A model generated the notes under the pieces. That model was not told the DNA's origin and ran no database searches. It saw only the letters and a list, made by a program, of their open reading frames with translations. The translations under genes were made by a program, and so were the position numbers. From contig JAFQQJ010000019.1 in the NCBI GenBank assembly GCA_017411325.1, forward strand, positions 129,540 to 193,539: a stretch of DNA of 64,000 nt, read 5' to 3'. The DNA comes from Clostridia bacterium. Its GTDB lineage: Bacteria > Bacillota > Clostridia > CAKSNL01 > HGM11501. This document shows, piece after piece, positions 17,488 to 27,163 of this stretch (its first letter is position 1; every line of letters begins with the position of its first letter).

Positions 17488-20427
17488 TTATTTAGTTATT
17501 GTTATTTCCTGTGTTTCGCCGTTCCATGCCACATTATATCCGAGCTGTTCGGATACAAATCTTACGGGGATGAAGGTTCTTGAATCCTTTATTACAGGCA
17601 CAGTTCTCAAGGTGTAACGAACATTTCCATAGGAGGGATCTTCTACAAACACCAGCTTATAGCCAATCTGAAGTGTAAGGTCAATATTCTCACCCTTAAC
17701 GCCGATGGTCTGATTATCGCCGTTCCAGGAAATTTCAGCACCCATAAGCTCTAAAAGTCCTCTTAAGGGAATTAATGTTGTGCCGTTTACGATATAGGGT
17801 GCAACGTCGATGGTTTTTGACTTATCTTCGCCGTTTTCCCTGTACTTAATCTCGTTGGAGCCAACGGTAAGAACATACTTCTCGCCGTCATCTTCACCCT
17901 CGTACTGATAGAAGTCAAGCTCCGCTACACTTACACGCTTAGCGAAATATTCGTGCACGGTAAACTCGATATATCTTATCTTCATCTCTTCAGGCAGGGG
18001 GATTTTCTTTGTGGAAAGATCCTTATCCAGCACCATATCTTCTGCAACGGCCACCCAGTTTTCGTTGTCCGCACTTACCCACACGCTTGCCTTGAGCCAG
18101 CAACCGTGAAAGTCATTGGTGTCACGGGGAGTATAGGTAATTTCCTTTACCCTTTGTGCTTTTTTCATATCAACAACGAAAATTACCTCTTCACCGGTTT
18201 CAAGCTGTTCTGTCTGCCAGAAGGATTTAACGGTTCCGTCAAGTGCCTTGTCGGGAGTAGAGGTAGCCCAGCTTTCACCCTCATAGCTTATATCAAATAG
18301 CTTTTTATCAATTTTATATAAGACTCCCGCTTTTTCAATTTTCCTGAAGCTTTCATAGTCCACGGTTTCAAAGTCGGGATTTTCGCCAAGAACATTTATC
18401 TCAGCCAATGTGCCGTAGCCGCCCACCGCAGAGGTTATTTCAACTCTTATCTTAGATGCCTTTATGTTTGAAAGGAAGAAAATTTCCTTATCGCCCACGC
18501 TCTGCTCAAAATAAACATTTTCCTTTATGAGCTTAAGCTCATCCCCGCTTTTTTCTGCCGCATAGAGGTTTGCAATGATAAAGTTTCCGTTCAACGAATC
18601 CTGTCTGGGTGTTAAGTTAACACCTGATATGGTTTTTGCAAGACCGAAGTCGATGTCTATGTTATAGGGAGGATTATCGTGGCCGACAACTGCGCCGTCC
18701 TTCGCCTCATACTTTGAGTGCCAGTAGGTTTTCTTGTCTCCGTCAAGGGCAAGCTGAATGCCATGGCTTCCCATTGTGGAGTTAACCTTAATATCCCAGG
18801 TCCCTCTTGCAAGATAAGGAATGCCTGTTCTTGACTCGCCTTCGTAAACGGCCGTATTATCTGCCTTTCCGTCCTTTAAGAACTCAATTTCAGCGGCAGA
18901 GCCGAAGTTTGCAATTCCGCCCGTTATTTCAATTTCAATAGCCTTCATCTTTTTATTGCCCCAGGTTGCTGATTCGGGCTTGTTGTTTTTGACAACAGAC
19001 GTATAATTTGTGAAGTTTCCTACATAAATTTTCTCAAAGCTTACGCCGTCGGCAGAGCCCTTTATGTTGTAGGATGAAATTGTTCCTACCGCGTTATCGG
19101 TTCTGGGGGTATAAATCCAGCCCGACACATCAATCGCTTCGGAAAATTCAACCCTTATGGTGAAAGGAAGAGGGTCACTATACGTAATGGTTGAGCCTTC
19201 TGCCGTATACTTTGAATGCCAGTGGGTTGATTTGTCGCCGTCAAATGCCTTGGCAACAGGGGTAAATTCGCTGGATGCTGTAATTTTCCAGTCTGCGCCT
19301 CTGGGAATTTTAGTTCCCGAATAGGATGCTTCGGAAGAAGCCTCAGCGGCTCCTTTTTTTGTATAGAACTCAATTTCCGCTGCTGTACCAAATCCTGAAA
19401 TTGATGTGACAATTTCAATTTTCATTGCCTTCATACTTGTCTTCGGAAAGAAATCATCCGAAGGCTTTGCATCCTTTGCGGGGCCTTCCACATAGGGGAA
19501 TTTGCCTGTGTGAATTTTTTCAAAATTCACACCGTCCTTCGATGCATAAAGGTTGTAGGTTTTAGCTGTTCCCGTTCCGTTATCGGTTCTCGGGGTGTAG
19601 CGCCAGCCTTCGATTTCCACGGTTTTACCGAAGTCAACCGTTATGGTGTGGGGGCATTCTTCCTTGCTTACGATTTTTGTTCCCTCTGCCTTGTATGCCG
19701 AATGCCAGTAAGTTGACTTGTCCCCGTCAAAGGCTTTCCCTGCGGCGTTTCCGGTGCTGAAAGCACTTGATGCACTTATATTCCATGTGCCGTCGTTTTT
19801 AAGAAGCTCTCCTGCTAAGGCTGTGCTTGCAGCGGGTGCTTCAGCTTCGGGTGCAGTTGCACTCTGTTCCTTAAAGGCTTCGCCGTTTTCGATTGCAGTT
19901 CCGCTTGTTCCCTTTAAGAACTCAATCTCCGCCGCAGTTCCGTAGCCGCCGCGGCTATTTGTTACCTCGATTTTTATGGCTTTCATGGTGTATGCACCCC
20001 AGGAAGCCTCGGAAGGAGTAAACTCCGCCTTTGTCTTGGTTTCATAATCAAAGGTGCCGGTAAATATTTTATTGAAGTTTTCTCCGTCCTTTGAAGCATA
20101 GATATTATACGCCAAAACCGTTCCTGTTTCATTATCCTTACGAGGTGTGTAACGCCAGCCGGAAATTTCGGTATCCTTGCCGAAATTAATTGTGATAACG
20201 TGGGGGCATTCGTCGTGGCTTAAAATTTTGCTGCCTTCTGCCTTGTAGTTTGAGTGCCAATTGGTGGATAAATCACCGTCGAAAGCATTTTTAATGCTTG
20301 TGCCTGTCTGGCTTGTAACAGAAATTTCCCAGGAGGAATCAAAGGGAACAGCTTCCGATGCACTTACAGCCATGCACATGGACATAACCATAAGAAGAGA
20401 AAGTAAAATTGCAAATATTTTCTTCAT
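17488..20427 (-). CDS. Secreted protein with 5 discoidin (F5/8C, CBM32-like) domains + C-terminal copper-amine-oxidase N-terminal-like (stalk) domain
   Basis: Signal peptide MKKIFAILLS. Repeated AFDGD..T.WHS.Y / YTPR.D / AEIEF units. C-terminal DVAPYIVNGTTLIPLR..E..GA.I.W and RTFIPVRFVSEQLGY.V.W. Confidence 0.85.
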   Translation of the reverse strand: MKKIFAILLSLLMVMSMCMAVSASEAVPFDSSWEISVTSQTGTSIKNAFDGDLSTNWHSNYKAEGSKILSHDECPHVITINFGKDTEISGWRYTPRKDNETGTVLAYNIYASKDGENFNKIFTGTFDYETKTKAEFTPSEASWGAYTMKAIKIEVTNSRGGYGTAAEIEFLKGTSGTAIENGEAFKEQSATAPEAEAPAASTALAGELLKNDGTWNISASSAFSTGNAAGKAFDGDKSTYWHSAYKAEGTKIVSKEECPHTITVDFGKTVEIEGWRYTPRTDNGTGTAKTYNLYASKDGVNFEKIHTGKFPYVEGPAKDAKPSDDFFPKTSMKAMKIEIVTSISGFGTAAEIEFYTKKGAAEASSEASYSGTKIPRGADWKITASSEFTPVAKAFDGDKSTHWHSKYTAEGSTITYSDPLPFTIRVEFSEAIDVSGWIYTPRTDNAVGTISSYNIKGSADGVSFEKIYVGNFTNYTSVVKNNKPESATWGNKKMKAIEIEITGGIANFGSAAEIEFLKDGKADNTAVYEGESRTGIPYLARGTWDIKVNSTMGSHGIQLALDGDKKTYWHSKYEAKDGAVVGHDNPPYNIDIDFGLAKTISGVNLTPRQDSLNGNFIIANLYAAEKSGDELKLIKENVYFEQSVGDKEIFFLSNIKASKIRVEITSAVGGYGTLAEINVLGENPDFETVDYESFRKIEKAGVLYKIDKKLFDISYEGESWATSTPDKALDGTVKSFWQTEQLETGEEVIFVVDMKKAQRVKEITYTPRDTNDFHGCWLKASVWVSADNENWVAVAEDMVLDKDLSTKKIPLPEEMKIRYIEFTVHEYFAKRVSVAELDFYQYEGEDDGEKYVLTVGSNEIKYRENGEDKSKTIDVAPYIVNGTTLIPLRGLLELMGAEISWNGDNQTIGVKGENIDLTLQIGYKLVFVEDPSYGNVRYTLRTVPVIKDSRTFIPVRFVSEQLGYNVAWNGETQEITITK

Positions 20428-20442
20428 TATCTCATCCTCCTT

Positions 20443-23199
20443 TTAGTTTAAGTGGGAAAGCACACTGTTTACATTAGCTTCCGGTGCGCCCGACTTACTT
20501 ACAGTGTAAATTCCGTTTCCGAGACTCTTAACTTCCCAGCCGTAGCAGTCGGAAATCAAGGTAAGGGGAATCATAAATCTTCCGTTTTCGTAAACAACGG
20601 GAGCTGTCAGAGTTTTTGCAACGCCGTTTACTCTTACCTCATTTGAGCCAAGAACTGAGTATGTAAAGGTGTTATTTACGATTTCCTTTTTGTCAGCATT
20701 CAAATCATAGTGATAGGTGTAGAAGGTGTTGTTTGCGCTGTCATATTCTGTCTTGGAATGACCGTATTCCATAATTTCATTATACGCATCCTCGGGAACA
20801 TAGAGTGTTCCGTTCATTTCAACGGGAGCTACTCTTATGTCGGACTCGAGTGTATATCTCTTTGCTCCGCAGGCGATTAACTTGGGACTTCCTGCCTTTA
20901 ATACGGAGGTAGATGTTTCCTTAAGAGCCTTTCTGTCTGCATCGGCTAATGCCGTCTGCTCAATTTCGGTAAAGAGATAGTTAAGCTTTCCGTAAGGAGC
21001 AACGCTGCCGTCTGAATAGAAATTCAAGTAATCGCTCGATACATCAACAGAGTCAGACCACTTAAGCTCCAAGTCAACCACGCCTGTTTCACCGATTACG
21101 CTTCTGGGAATTGCAAGCTGCATCATATTACCCTTTATTGTGTAATTTACATTTGCAACATTTGTTTTTCCAAAGGGTCCGTCGCCAAACATTGATACAA
21201 CGCCCTTTTCTATGATATAGTCATAGCCTTCCCAGCCAGTAGCATAGTTTCTGTCGGTATTTAAGTAGAGCGTCATAAAGTTTTCGGAATCACGGATATC
21301 CTTTTCACACTCTGCCATAAAGTAGATGTTATCTTTATCAAAGGTTGCCTTTGCACCCTTAATAGAGTTTACCACGGTTGTGGTATAGTGCCATTTCTCG
21401 CCGTTTCCTTTGTGCTTTCCGTAACCGTCGGCATCTCTTTCATAGTCCTGATATGCATTTACGAAGTAAGGGCCAACCTCTGCCCACTGACTTGCATCAC
21501 CCGCAAGATCAATGGTCTTCATACCGAAGGCAACAGGTGCCTTTCTCGCACCCTTATACTTTCTTACAAGGTCGATTAACATATTGTAGCAATCGTCCTT
21601 TAAGGGACCGCGGTTAGGCTCAAAGTCACGGCTGTTTTCATAGTCGAAAAGGTCAACAAAAGCGTTTTTGTTTCTGCCGTAGGATTCAAAGCGGATTGCA
21701 TCCCATTCGTTCCATCCGTCAATCATCATAAATTCGGGATCGGCGTCAAGCGCAAATGCCGCCTGCTCACGGAAGAAGTATGCTTCTCTCATACCCTTGT
21801 CGGTATAGTCTTCGCCGAAGGCTTCGGAAAACGCTCTTCCCTTGCAGTATTCGGAAGAGAATGCGCCAACCTCTTTCTGTCCGTAAATTGTGGACTGATT
21901 GATTCCAACGCCCACAGCGACATAGCCCACTCTTCCCGTTTCGGGATTCACATCACGGAGAGTCTGGGGGAAGTTTTCAAGCCACATCCACTCATCTATC
22001 TTTGCTTCGCCGTTTCTGGGACCGTTGTACTTAACATTGAAAAGAGAATCTATTTCCGTAAAGAGTGCCTTTTCGGCATCTGTCTTCATAGCAGACTCAT
22101 AGTTTTTATAATCCGCCCAGCCGTAAAGGAGCGGCGCGCCGTCCTTATAGTACCAGATGTCGGTATAGTCGTTTTCAACAAAGCAGGTATAGTAAAGTGC
22201 CGAAACCGCTCTTGCCGCATTGTCCGGTAAAACTCCGAGATTAAGCATAACACAGAGCTTGGGTGCGTCAACGCCCGTAGATTTAGCATCACGAAGTGCT
22301 TGTGCCAAAGTGTGAATTGTTGTCTGATATGTATTTCCGCCGTTTGAATAGTCAAGGAACAAGGAATCAACCCCTGCTATTGCAAACATTTCCGCGTGCT
22401 TACGGTAGGTCCAGTAGTCAAAGGAATCATAAAAGCCGAAAACGGGCTCGCCCCAGAAGTATTTACCCTGAATATCCCACGCCTTGTGGAAATAATCCTC
22501 TCTTGATCCGGGATTTGCCGCAATGATTTCGGGAATTACTGCCGCGTTTCTGTTGGAAGAATCCACTCTCCAGTTCCAGTAAAGCATACCAACCTCGCGA
22601 AGGCCTTCCTTTACGCCGCCAACCTCTTCATAGGTGGCAACGGCTCTTCCGAAATTGTCAACTCCAACCCAGGTATCGGAATAGAGGTCAATTACTTTTG
22701 AATCGTCAACCTTTGCAGAGGTCACATCCTTTGTAACCTTTTCTTCCGACAAGGTAATTTCCTTTATTGCGATATAGTTTGTCGTGCCGTTTCCGTATAA
22801 ACTGTAAAAATAAAGGTCGTGAACACCCGTCACAGGCTCGATTGCCGCCTTTACGGTTACATCGGTGTTTTCAAAGTCGGGCATTATGGTAAGGTTACCG
22901 ATAATTTTGCCGTTTTCGGGCGAATCTATCATAATAAGATAGGTGTCGCCGTTGTTTCCGCCTGAAACATAGAGGGTATTGTTAAGCTTCATACTTACGG
23001 AATTCATTCCCGTAAGGTCAACGCCCTTAAATCCGAAGCTGTCGCCACGGCTAAGCCCCCTTATAAAAGCGTCATTTGCATCAAAGCTGCCGTTTTTAAT
23101 TGAAATATCTCCAACCTTTAACGCAGCATCTTTGGCAAAAACACTCATACAGGATAAAACCATAATGAGCGAAAGTGCCAGACATAAGATTTTTTTCAT
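20443..23199 (-). CDS. Secreted CBM6-like + GH99/GH71-like glycoside hydrolase + degenerate stalk domain (module 1)
   Basis: Signal peptide. FKGVDL..IDSP..G..IG..TGVHDLYF (CBM6-like). VGMLYWNW, FWGEP.FGFY, HAEM...AGVD, DGWNEW, SRDFEP. C-terminal GTLYVP and FMIPL..I...YG.EV. Confidence 0.72.
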   Translation of the reverse strand: MKKILCLALSLIMVLSCMSVFAKDAALKVGDISIKNGSFDANDAFIRGLSRGDSFGFKGVDLTGMNSVSMKLNNTLYVSGGNNGDTYLIMIDSPENGKIIGNLTIMPDFENTDVTVKAAIEPVTGVHDLYFYSLYGNGTTNYIAIKEITLSEEKVTKDVTSAKVDDSKVIDLYSDTWVGVDNFGRAVATYEEVGGVKEGLREVGMLYWNWRVDSSNRNAAVIPEIIAANPGSREDYFHKAWDIQGKYFWGEPVFGFYDSFDYWTYRKHAEMFAIAGVDSLFLDYSNGGNTYQTTIHTLAQALRDAKSTGVDAPKLCVMLNLGVLPDNAARAVSALYYTCFVENDYTDIWYYKDGAPLLYGWADYKNYESAMKTDAEKALFTEIDSLFNVKYNGPRNGEAKIDEWMWLENFPQTLRDVNPETGRVGYVAVGVGINQSTIYGQKEVGAFSSEYCKGRAFSEAFGEDYTDKGMREAYFFREQAAFALDADPEFMMIDGWNEWDAIRFESYGRNKNAFVDLFDYENSRDFEPNRGPLKDDCYNMLIDLVRKYKGARKAPVAFGMKTIDLAGDASQWAEVGPYFVNAYQDYERDADGYGKHKGNGEKWHYTTTVVNSIKGAKATFDKDNIYFMAECEKDIRDSENFMTLYLNTDRNYATGWEGYDYIIEKGVVSMFGDGPFGKTNVANVNYTIKGNMMQLAIPRSVIGETGVVDLELKWSDSVDVSSDYLNFYSDGSVAPYGKLNYLFTEIEQTALADADRKALKETSTSVLKAGSPKLIACGAKRYTLESDIRVAPVEMNGTLYVPEDAYNEIMEYGHSKTEYDSANNTFYTYHYDLNADKKEIVNNTFTYSVLGSNEVRVNGVAKTLTAPVVYENGRFMIPLTLISDCYGWEVKSLGNGIYTVSKSGAPEANVNSVLSHLN

Positions 23200-23214
23200 A
23201 TTTGTTTCCTCCTT

Positions 23215-24084
23215 TTACATTTCAAGTATATATAAATTTCCACAGACGTCGCTGTAGAGCAGCGCTCCATCATGGAAATCTATCATTTCCGCCTCCGCTT
23301 CCATTCCGAGGGTACGGAAGTCAAGAAATTCAACTTGCTTTTTCTTTTTAACATCAATTATGCGAAGTGCGGGGAAGTTTACCTTATCCCCCGTAAAGCC
23401 TTCGACGGAGTAAATTTTGCCGTCATTAAAGCATCCGCCCTGGATAAAGCGGTGGCGCTCCGTATCAAAATATTCTTTAATATCTTCTTTCTTTAAGACA
23501 ACCTTTTTTATGCCGTATTTTTCGTCAATTTCTCCGTCCGTTATTTTTGGCATATCAAAGGCAAAATATCTTGTCAAATTATCGCCGTCCTTCATGGTGT
23601 AGCCGTAATAAAGCTTTTGCTCTCTGTCAATTACAAAGTTTCCGTAGGGGCGTATGTCACTTCTTTCGCCCGATGATTTCCAGACTTCATCCTCTGCAAA
23701 ATCAATTGTAATCATCTGCAGGAGCGTTGTTTTGAAGCTTTCCCCATCCCGCTCCAATCTGTATACAAGGCTTGTTCCCTTAAGTGGATTTTCAGAGGCA
23801 GCATAGTTATTGTATATGTTTGAATAAAGCAGCGGAAACTCGTCATCGGGAGAATAATATTCGCATCCGAAATTTACCGCATTGGAGTGAGGCACTATTT
23901 CCTCCGCCCTGTCAAGATAAAAAGATGCAATGGCAGTAAGCTCTTTTGGCTTCTCTGCCGATTTGTCAACCTTTGTAAGATCATAAACACCGCAGTGTCC
24001 CCTGGAGTTAAAACGGAAAAGAAGGTCAGAGAAGATGGCTCCGTCCTGATCGCCGCATATTTTTGCGATATGCCTTATTTTCAT
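23215..24084 (-). CDS. Hypothetical protein (possible beta-propeller), co-operonic with module 1
   Basis: RBS GGAGGTG before ATG 24084. QDGAIF, HSNAVNFG and QGGCF repeat-like motifs. 15 bp gap to the next gene. Confidence 0.65.
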   Translation of the reverse strand: MKIRHIAKICGDQDGAIFSDLLFRFNSRGHCGVYDLTKVDKSAEKPKELTAIASFYLDRAEEIVPHSNAVNFGCEYYSPDDEFPLLYSNIYNNYAASENPLKGTSLVYRLERDGESFKTTLLQMITIDFAEDEVWKSSGERSDIRPYGNFVIDREQKLYYGYTMKDGDNLTRYFAFDMPKITDGEIDEKYGIKKVVLKKEDIKEYFDTERHRFIQGGCFNDGKIYSVEGFTGDKVNFPALRIIDVKKKKQVEFLDFRTLGMEAEAEMIDFHDGALLYSDVCGNLYILEM

Positions 24085-24298
24085 AAAAAACACCTCCTTA
24101 TTATATTATAAGGGATAACCAGGCTTTTTTCAACAGCATTTTCTTATATAAAACCAACAACTTTTTGTATAAAACGAACATTTGCCGTATACAAAAACTT
24201 TTTCCTTCGGCGTATTTAATTTTATGCATATTTTTTATTGAAAACAGCAAAAAAAAGTGTTATACTTGAAAAAAGCAAATAAGAAAGGGCTGATTTAT

Positions 24299-25282
24299 AT
24301 GACCATTAAAATAGGTATCGCAGGCTACGGCAACTTAGGCAGAGGCGTTGAGTGTGCCGTTATGCAAAATCCCGATATGTCCCTTTACGGAGTTTTCTCA
24401 AGAAGAAATCCCGAAACGGTGAAAACCTTGACGGGCGCTCCCGTTTATTCTATGGACGACATTTTATCCCATAAGGGTAAAATTGACGTTCTTATAATCT
24501 GCGGCGGAAGTGCAACCGACCTTCCGGAGCAGACACCATACCTTGCAAAGCACTTTAACGTAATTGACAGCTTTGACAACCACGCAAATATCCCCCGCCA
24601 TTTTGCCAATGTCGATGCATCGGCAAAGGAAGGCGCTACCCTTTCAATGATTTCCGTCGGCTGGGATCCCGGAATGTTTTCCATTAACCGTTTATATGCA
24701 GAGGCAATCCTTCCCGAAGGCAAGGATTATACCTTCTGGGGCAAGGGCGTAAGCCAGGGCCATTCCGACGCGGTAAGAAGAATCGACGGCGTTATTGATG
24801 CAAGACAGTACACAATTCCCGTTGAGAGCGCATTAAACGGTGCAAGAAGCGGCGAAAATCCCGACCTTGAAACAAGAGACAAGCACGAGCGTGAAGTGTT
24901 TGTAGTGGCAGAAGAAGGTGCTGATTTGGCACGAATCGAAAACGAAATCAAGACTATGCCCAACTACTTTGAACCCTATAACACCACCGTTCACTTTATC
25001 ACTATGGATGAAATGAAGAAAAACCACGCATCCCTTCCCCACGGCGGATTTGTTATAAGAAGCGGAAAGACAGGGCTTTCAAAGGAAAATAATCAGATTA
25101 TTGAATACAGCTTAAAGCTTGATTCCAACCCCGAATTCACCTCCTCCGTCCTTGTTTGCTACGCAAGAGCGGTGTACCGTATGAGAAACGAAGGAATGAC
25201 AGGCTGTAAGACCGTTTTTGATGTAGCTCCTTCCTATCTTTCTCCCAAGACAAACGGGGAAATAATTTCTCACCTTTTATAA
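24299..25282 (+). CDS. ddh: meso-Diaminopimelate D-dehydrogenase
   Basis: IGIAGYGNLG, CGGSATD, SVGWDPG, FWGKGVSQGHSDA, SNPEFT. Confidence 0.95.
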   Translation: MTIKIGIAGYGNLGRGVECAVMQNPDMSLYGVFSRRNPETVKTLTGAPVYSMDDILSHKGKIDVLIICGGSATDLPEQTPYLAKHFNVIDSFDNHANIPRHFANVDASAKEGATLSMISVGWDPGMFSINRLYAEAILPEGKDYTFWGKGVSQGHSDAVRRIDGVIDARQYTIPVESALNGARSGENPDLETRDKHEREVFVVAEEGADLARIENEIKTMPNYFEPYNTTVHFITMDEMKKNHASLPHGGFVIRSGKTGLSKENNQIIEYSLKLDSNPEFTSSVLVCYARAVYRMRNEGMTGCKTVFDVAPSYLSPKTNGEIISHLL

Positions 25283-25292
25283 GGAGGGTTAT

Positions 25293-26288
25293 ATGAAGGT
25301 TTTAAGGTTTACCGATTCACCCATAAAGGTTTTCGGCGTTCCGTTTTTTCGTGAAAACCAAAGGCTTGAAAGGCTTCCCGACAGCATAATAAAGGAGCTT
25401 CCTAACCTTTCGCACCTGGGCAAAAGATGCCCGGGAGCACGTCTTTGCTTTCGCACCGATGCCGAAAGCTTTGATGTTAAGATAACTCTTAAAACTCTTT
25501 CTCCCGATATCGGTATGAGCATTTACGCCTGCCAGAGTGCGGCGGTTTTAACGGGAAACCGAAAAAGCTTTCGCTTTGAGGGACTTATTTTCCCGCCCGA
25601 CTATAACACGAAAACCTTTGGGAGAACCGTAAGAAAAAGTGCCGCCATGGAGGATGTTACAATTTTTCTTCCGAGAAACGAAGTAATAGATGACCTCTCG
25701 CTTTCCTTCCCCGATGAAGCGGTGATTTTAGCTCCCACACCCTACGATTACGGACCTGTCCTCTTTTACGGTTCTTCAATTACCGAGGGCGGATGCTGTC
25801 AGAATATATTTAACAGCTACAATGCCATTTTGTCAAACCGCTTAAATATGGACTATTACAATTTCGGCTTTTCGGGAAATGCAAAGGGCGAGCTTATTAT
25901 GGCGGATTATATAAACACCATCCCGATGAAGGCATTTATTTATGACTATGACCATAACGCTCCGACTCCCGGACATTTAAGGGAAACTCACGAGCCGTTT
26001 TTCCTTCGCATTCGCGAAAAAAATCCCGACCTTCCGGTTATTATGATGACTCGTCCCGGTAAAACCGATTTATATGACGAACGTCGTGCAATCGTTAAGG
26101 CGACCTACGAAAACGCCCTTTCCCGCGGGGATAAAAACGTATATTTCATAGACGGGCAGACCTTTTTCGGAGAAGATGACCGTAACCTTTGCACCGCCGA
26201 CAACATTCATCCCAATGACCTGGGCTTTTACCGTATGGCAAACGTAATTGAGCCTGTCCTAAAAAAAGCACTCGGCATACAATTATAA
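25293..26288 (+). CDS. SGNH/GDSL hydrolase
   Basis: FYGSSITEG, NFGFSG, DYDHN, DNIHPNDLG blocks. Confidence 0.88.
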   Translation: MKVLRFTDSPIKVFGVPFFRENQRLERLPDSIIKELPNLSHLGKRCPGARLCFRTDAESFDVKITLKTLSPDIGMSIYACQSAAVLTGNRKSFRFEGLIFPPDYNTKTFGRTVRKSAAMEDVTIFLPRNEVIDDLSLSFPDEAVILAPTPYDYGPVLFYGSSITEGGCCQNIFNSYNAILSNRLNMDYYNFGFSGNAKGELIMADYINTIPMKAFIYDYDHNAPTPGHLRETHEPFFLRIREKNPDLPVIMMTRPGKTDLYDERRAIVKATYENALSRGDKNVYFIDGQTFFGEDDRNLCTADNIHPNDLGFYRMANVIEPVLKKALGIQL

Positions 26289-26373
26289 TAACACCGCCAA
26301 ATGATTTTGTCTTTGCACAAAATTAAAAAACTATAACACAAAATTAAAAAATTTATATATAAAGGAGATAGCT

Positions 26374-26673
26374 ATGGTAAAGCATATTATCGTATGGACA
26401 CTTAAAGAAATGTCCGATGAAGAAAAGATTAAGGTTAAAAAGGGCATTAAGGAAAACTTAGAAGCCCTTAAGGGAAAAATCCCCGGCCTTTTTGAAATCA
26501 CCGTTCACACGGAGGCTCTTCCCTCATCAAATGCCGATCTGATTCTTGATTCAACCTTCCTTGATGAAGCATCCTTAAAGGGCTATGCGGTGCATCCCGA
26601 CCACGTTTATGCGGCAGACACCTTCGTACGCCCCAATGTTCAGATAAGAAGCTGTATAGACTACGAAATATAA
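26374..26673 (+). CDS. Dabb-family stress-responsive A/B barrel protein
   Basis: MVKHIIVW..K, LKGKIPG, Y..HPDH, DYE C-terminus. Confidence 0.88.
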   Translation: MVKHIIVWTLKEMSDEEKIKVKKGIKENLEALKGKIPGLFEITVHTEALPSSNADLILDSTFLDEASLKGYAVHPDHVYAADTFVRPNVQIRSCIDYEI

Positions 26674-26679
26674 AAACTG

Positions 26680-26720
26680 TTAAAAACACCGCAAGGCTTT
26701 GCCTTACGGTGTTTTAGTTT
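26680..26720 (+). terminator. Intrinsic terminator
   Basis: TAAAAACACCGCAAGGC-TTT-GCCTTACGGTGTTTTA. Confidence 0.75.
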
Positions 26721-26753
26721 TAATCAGCGTTCTTCTTTAAGCTCTGCTGTACC

Positions 26754-26841
26754 TGTCATTCTGAGTGGAGCGTCAGCGACCGAAGAATCTCTGTTCAACC
26801 GGTGCAGGAAACAGAGATCCTTCACTGCGTTCAGGATGACA
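26754..26841. repeat. Inverted dimer of the TGTC-tagged palindromic (REP-like) repeat
   Basis: TGTCATTCTGAG...CGAAGAATCTC (26754-26791) and GAGATCCTTC...TTCAGGATGACA (26814-26841). Same family as 37873-38842. Confidence 0.85.
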
Positions 26842-26988
26842 GCGGGGTGGTTTAGGATGACAGCGGGGTGGTTCAGGATGACAGCGGGGTGGTTCAGGAT
26901 GACAGCGGGGTGGTTCAGGATGACAGCGGGGTGGTTCAGGATGACAGCGGGGTGGTTCAGGATGACAGCGGGGTGGTTCAGGATGACA
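26829..26988 (+). repeat. 21-bp tandem repeat (about 7.6 copies) derived from the REP end
   Basis: (GCGGGGTGGTTCAGGATGACA)x7 from 26842 to 26988. One copy has TTTAGG. No spacers. Confidence 0.95.
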
Positions 26989-27127
26989 TTGAGTTTAGTT
27001 TATGATGATGTTGAATTTAGCTCAGGATACATCAGGTTCAATTTCGCATAACATTGCGTTTTGTCCCCGGTGTGCTTTTTGACTATATCGGTAATTTGTA
27101 AAGCAGTTCCCGTTACAGCAGAGTTAC

Positions 27128-27160
27128 AAAAAAACTCCGAGGCTTAGCCTCGGAGTTTTT
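27128..27160 (-). terminator. Intrinsic terminator of the giant surface-protein gene
   Basis: AAAAAACTCCGAGGC-TTA-GCCTCGGAGTTTTT. Confidence 0.8.
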
Positions 27161-27163
27161 CAA

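Noticed and set aside
26829-26988. CRISPR array
   Set aside because: Units are directly adjacent with no unique spacers, and there are no cas genes in the window.
26836-27051. ORF (MTAGWFR)x7
   Set aside because: It is the translation of the 21-bp tandem repeat and probably not a real gene.
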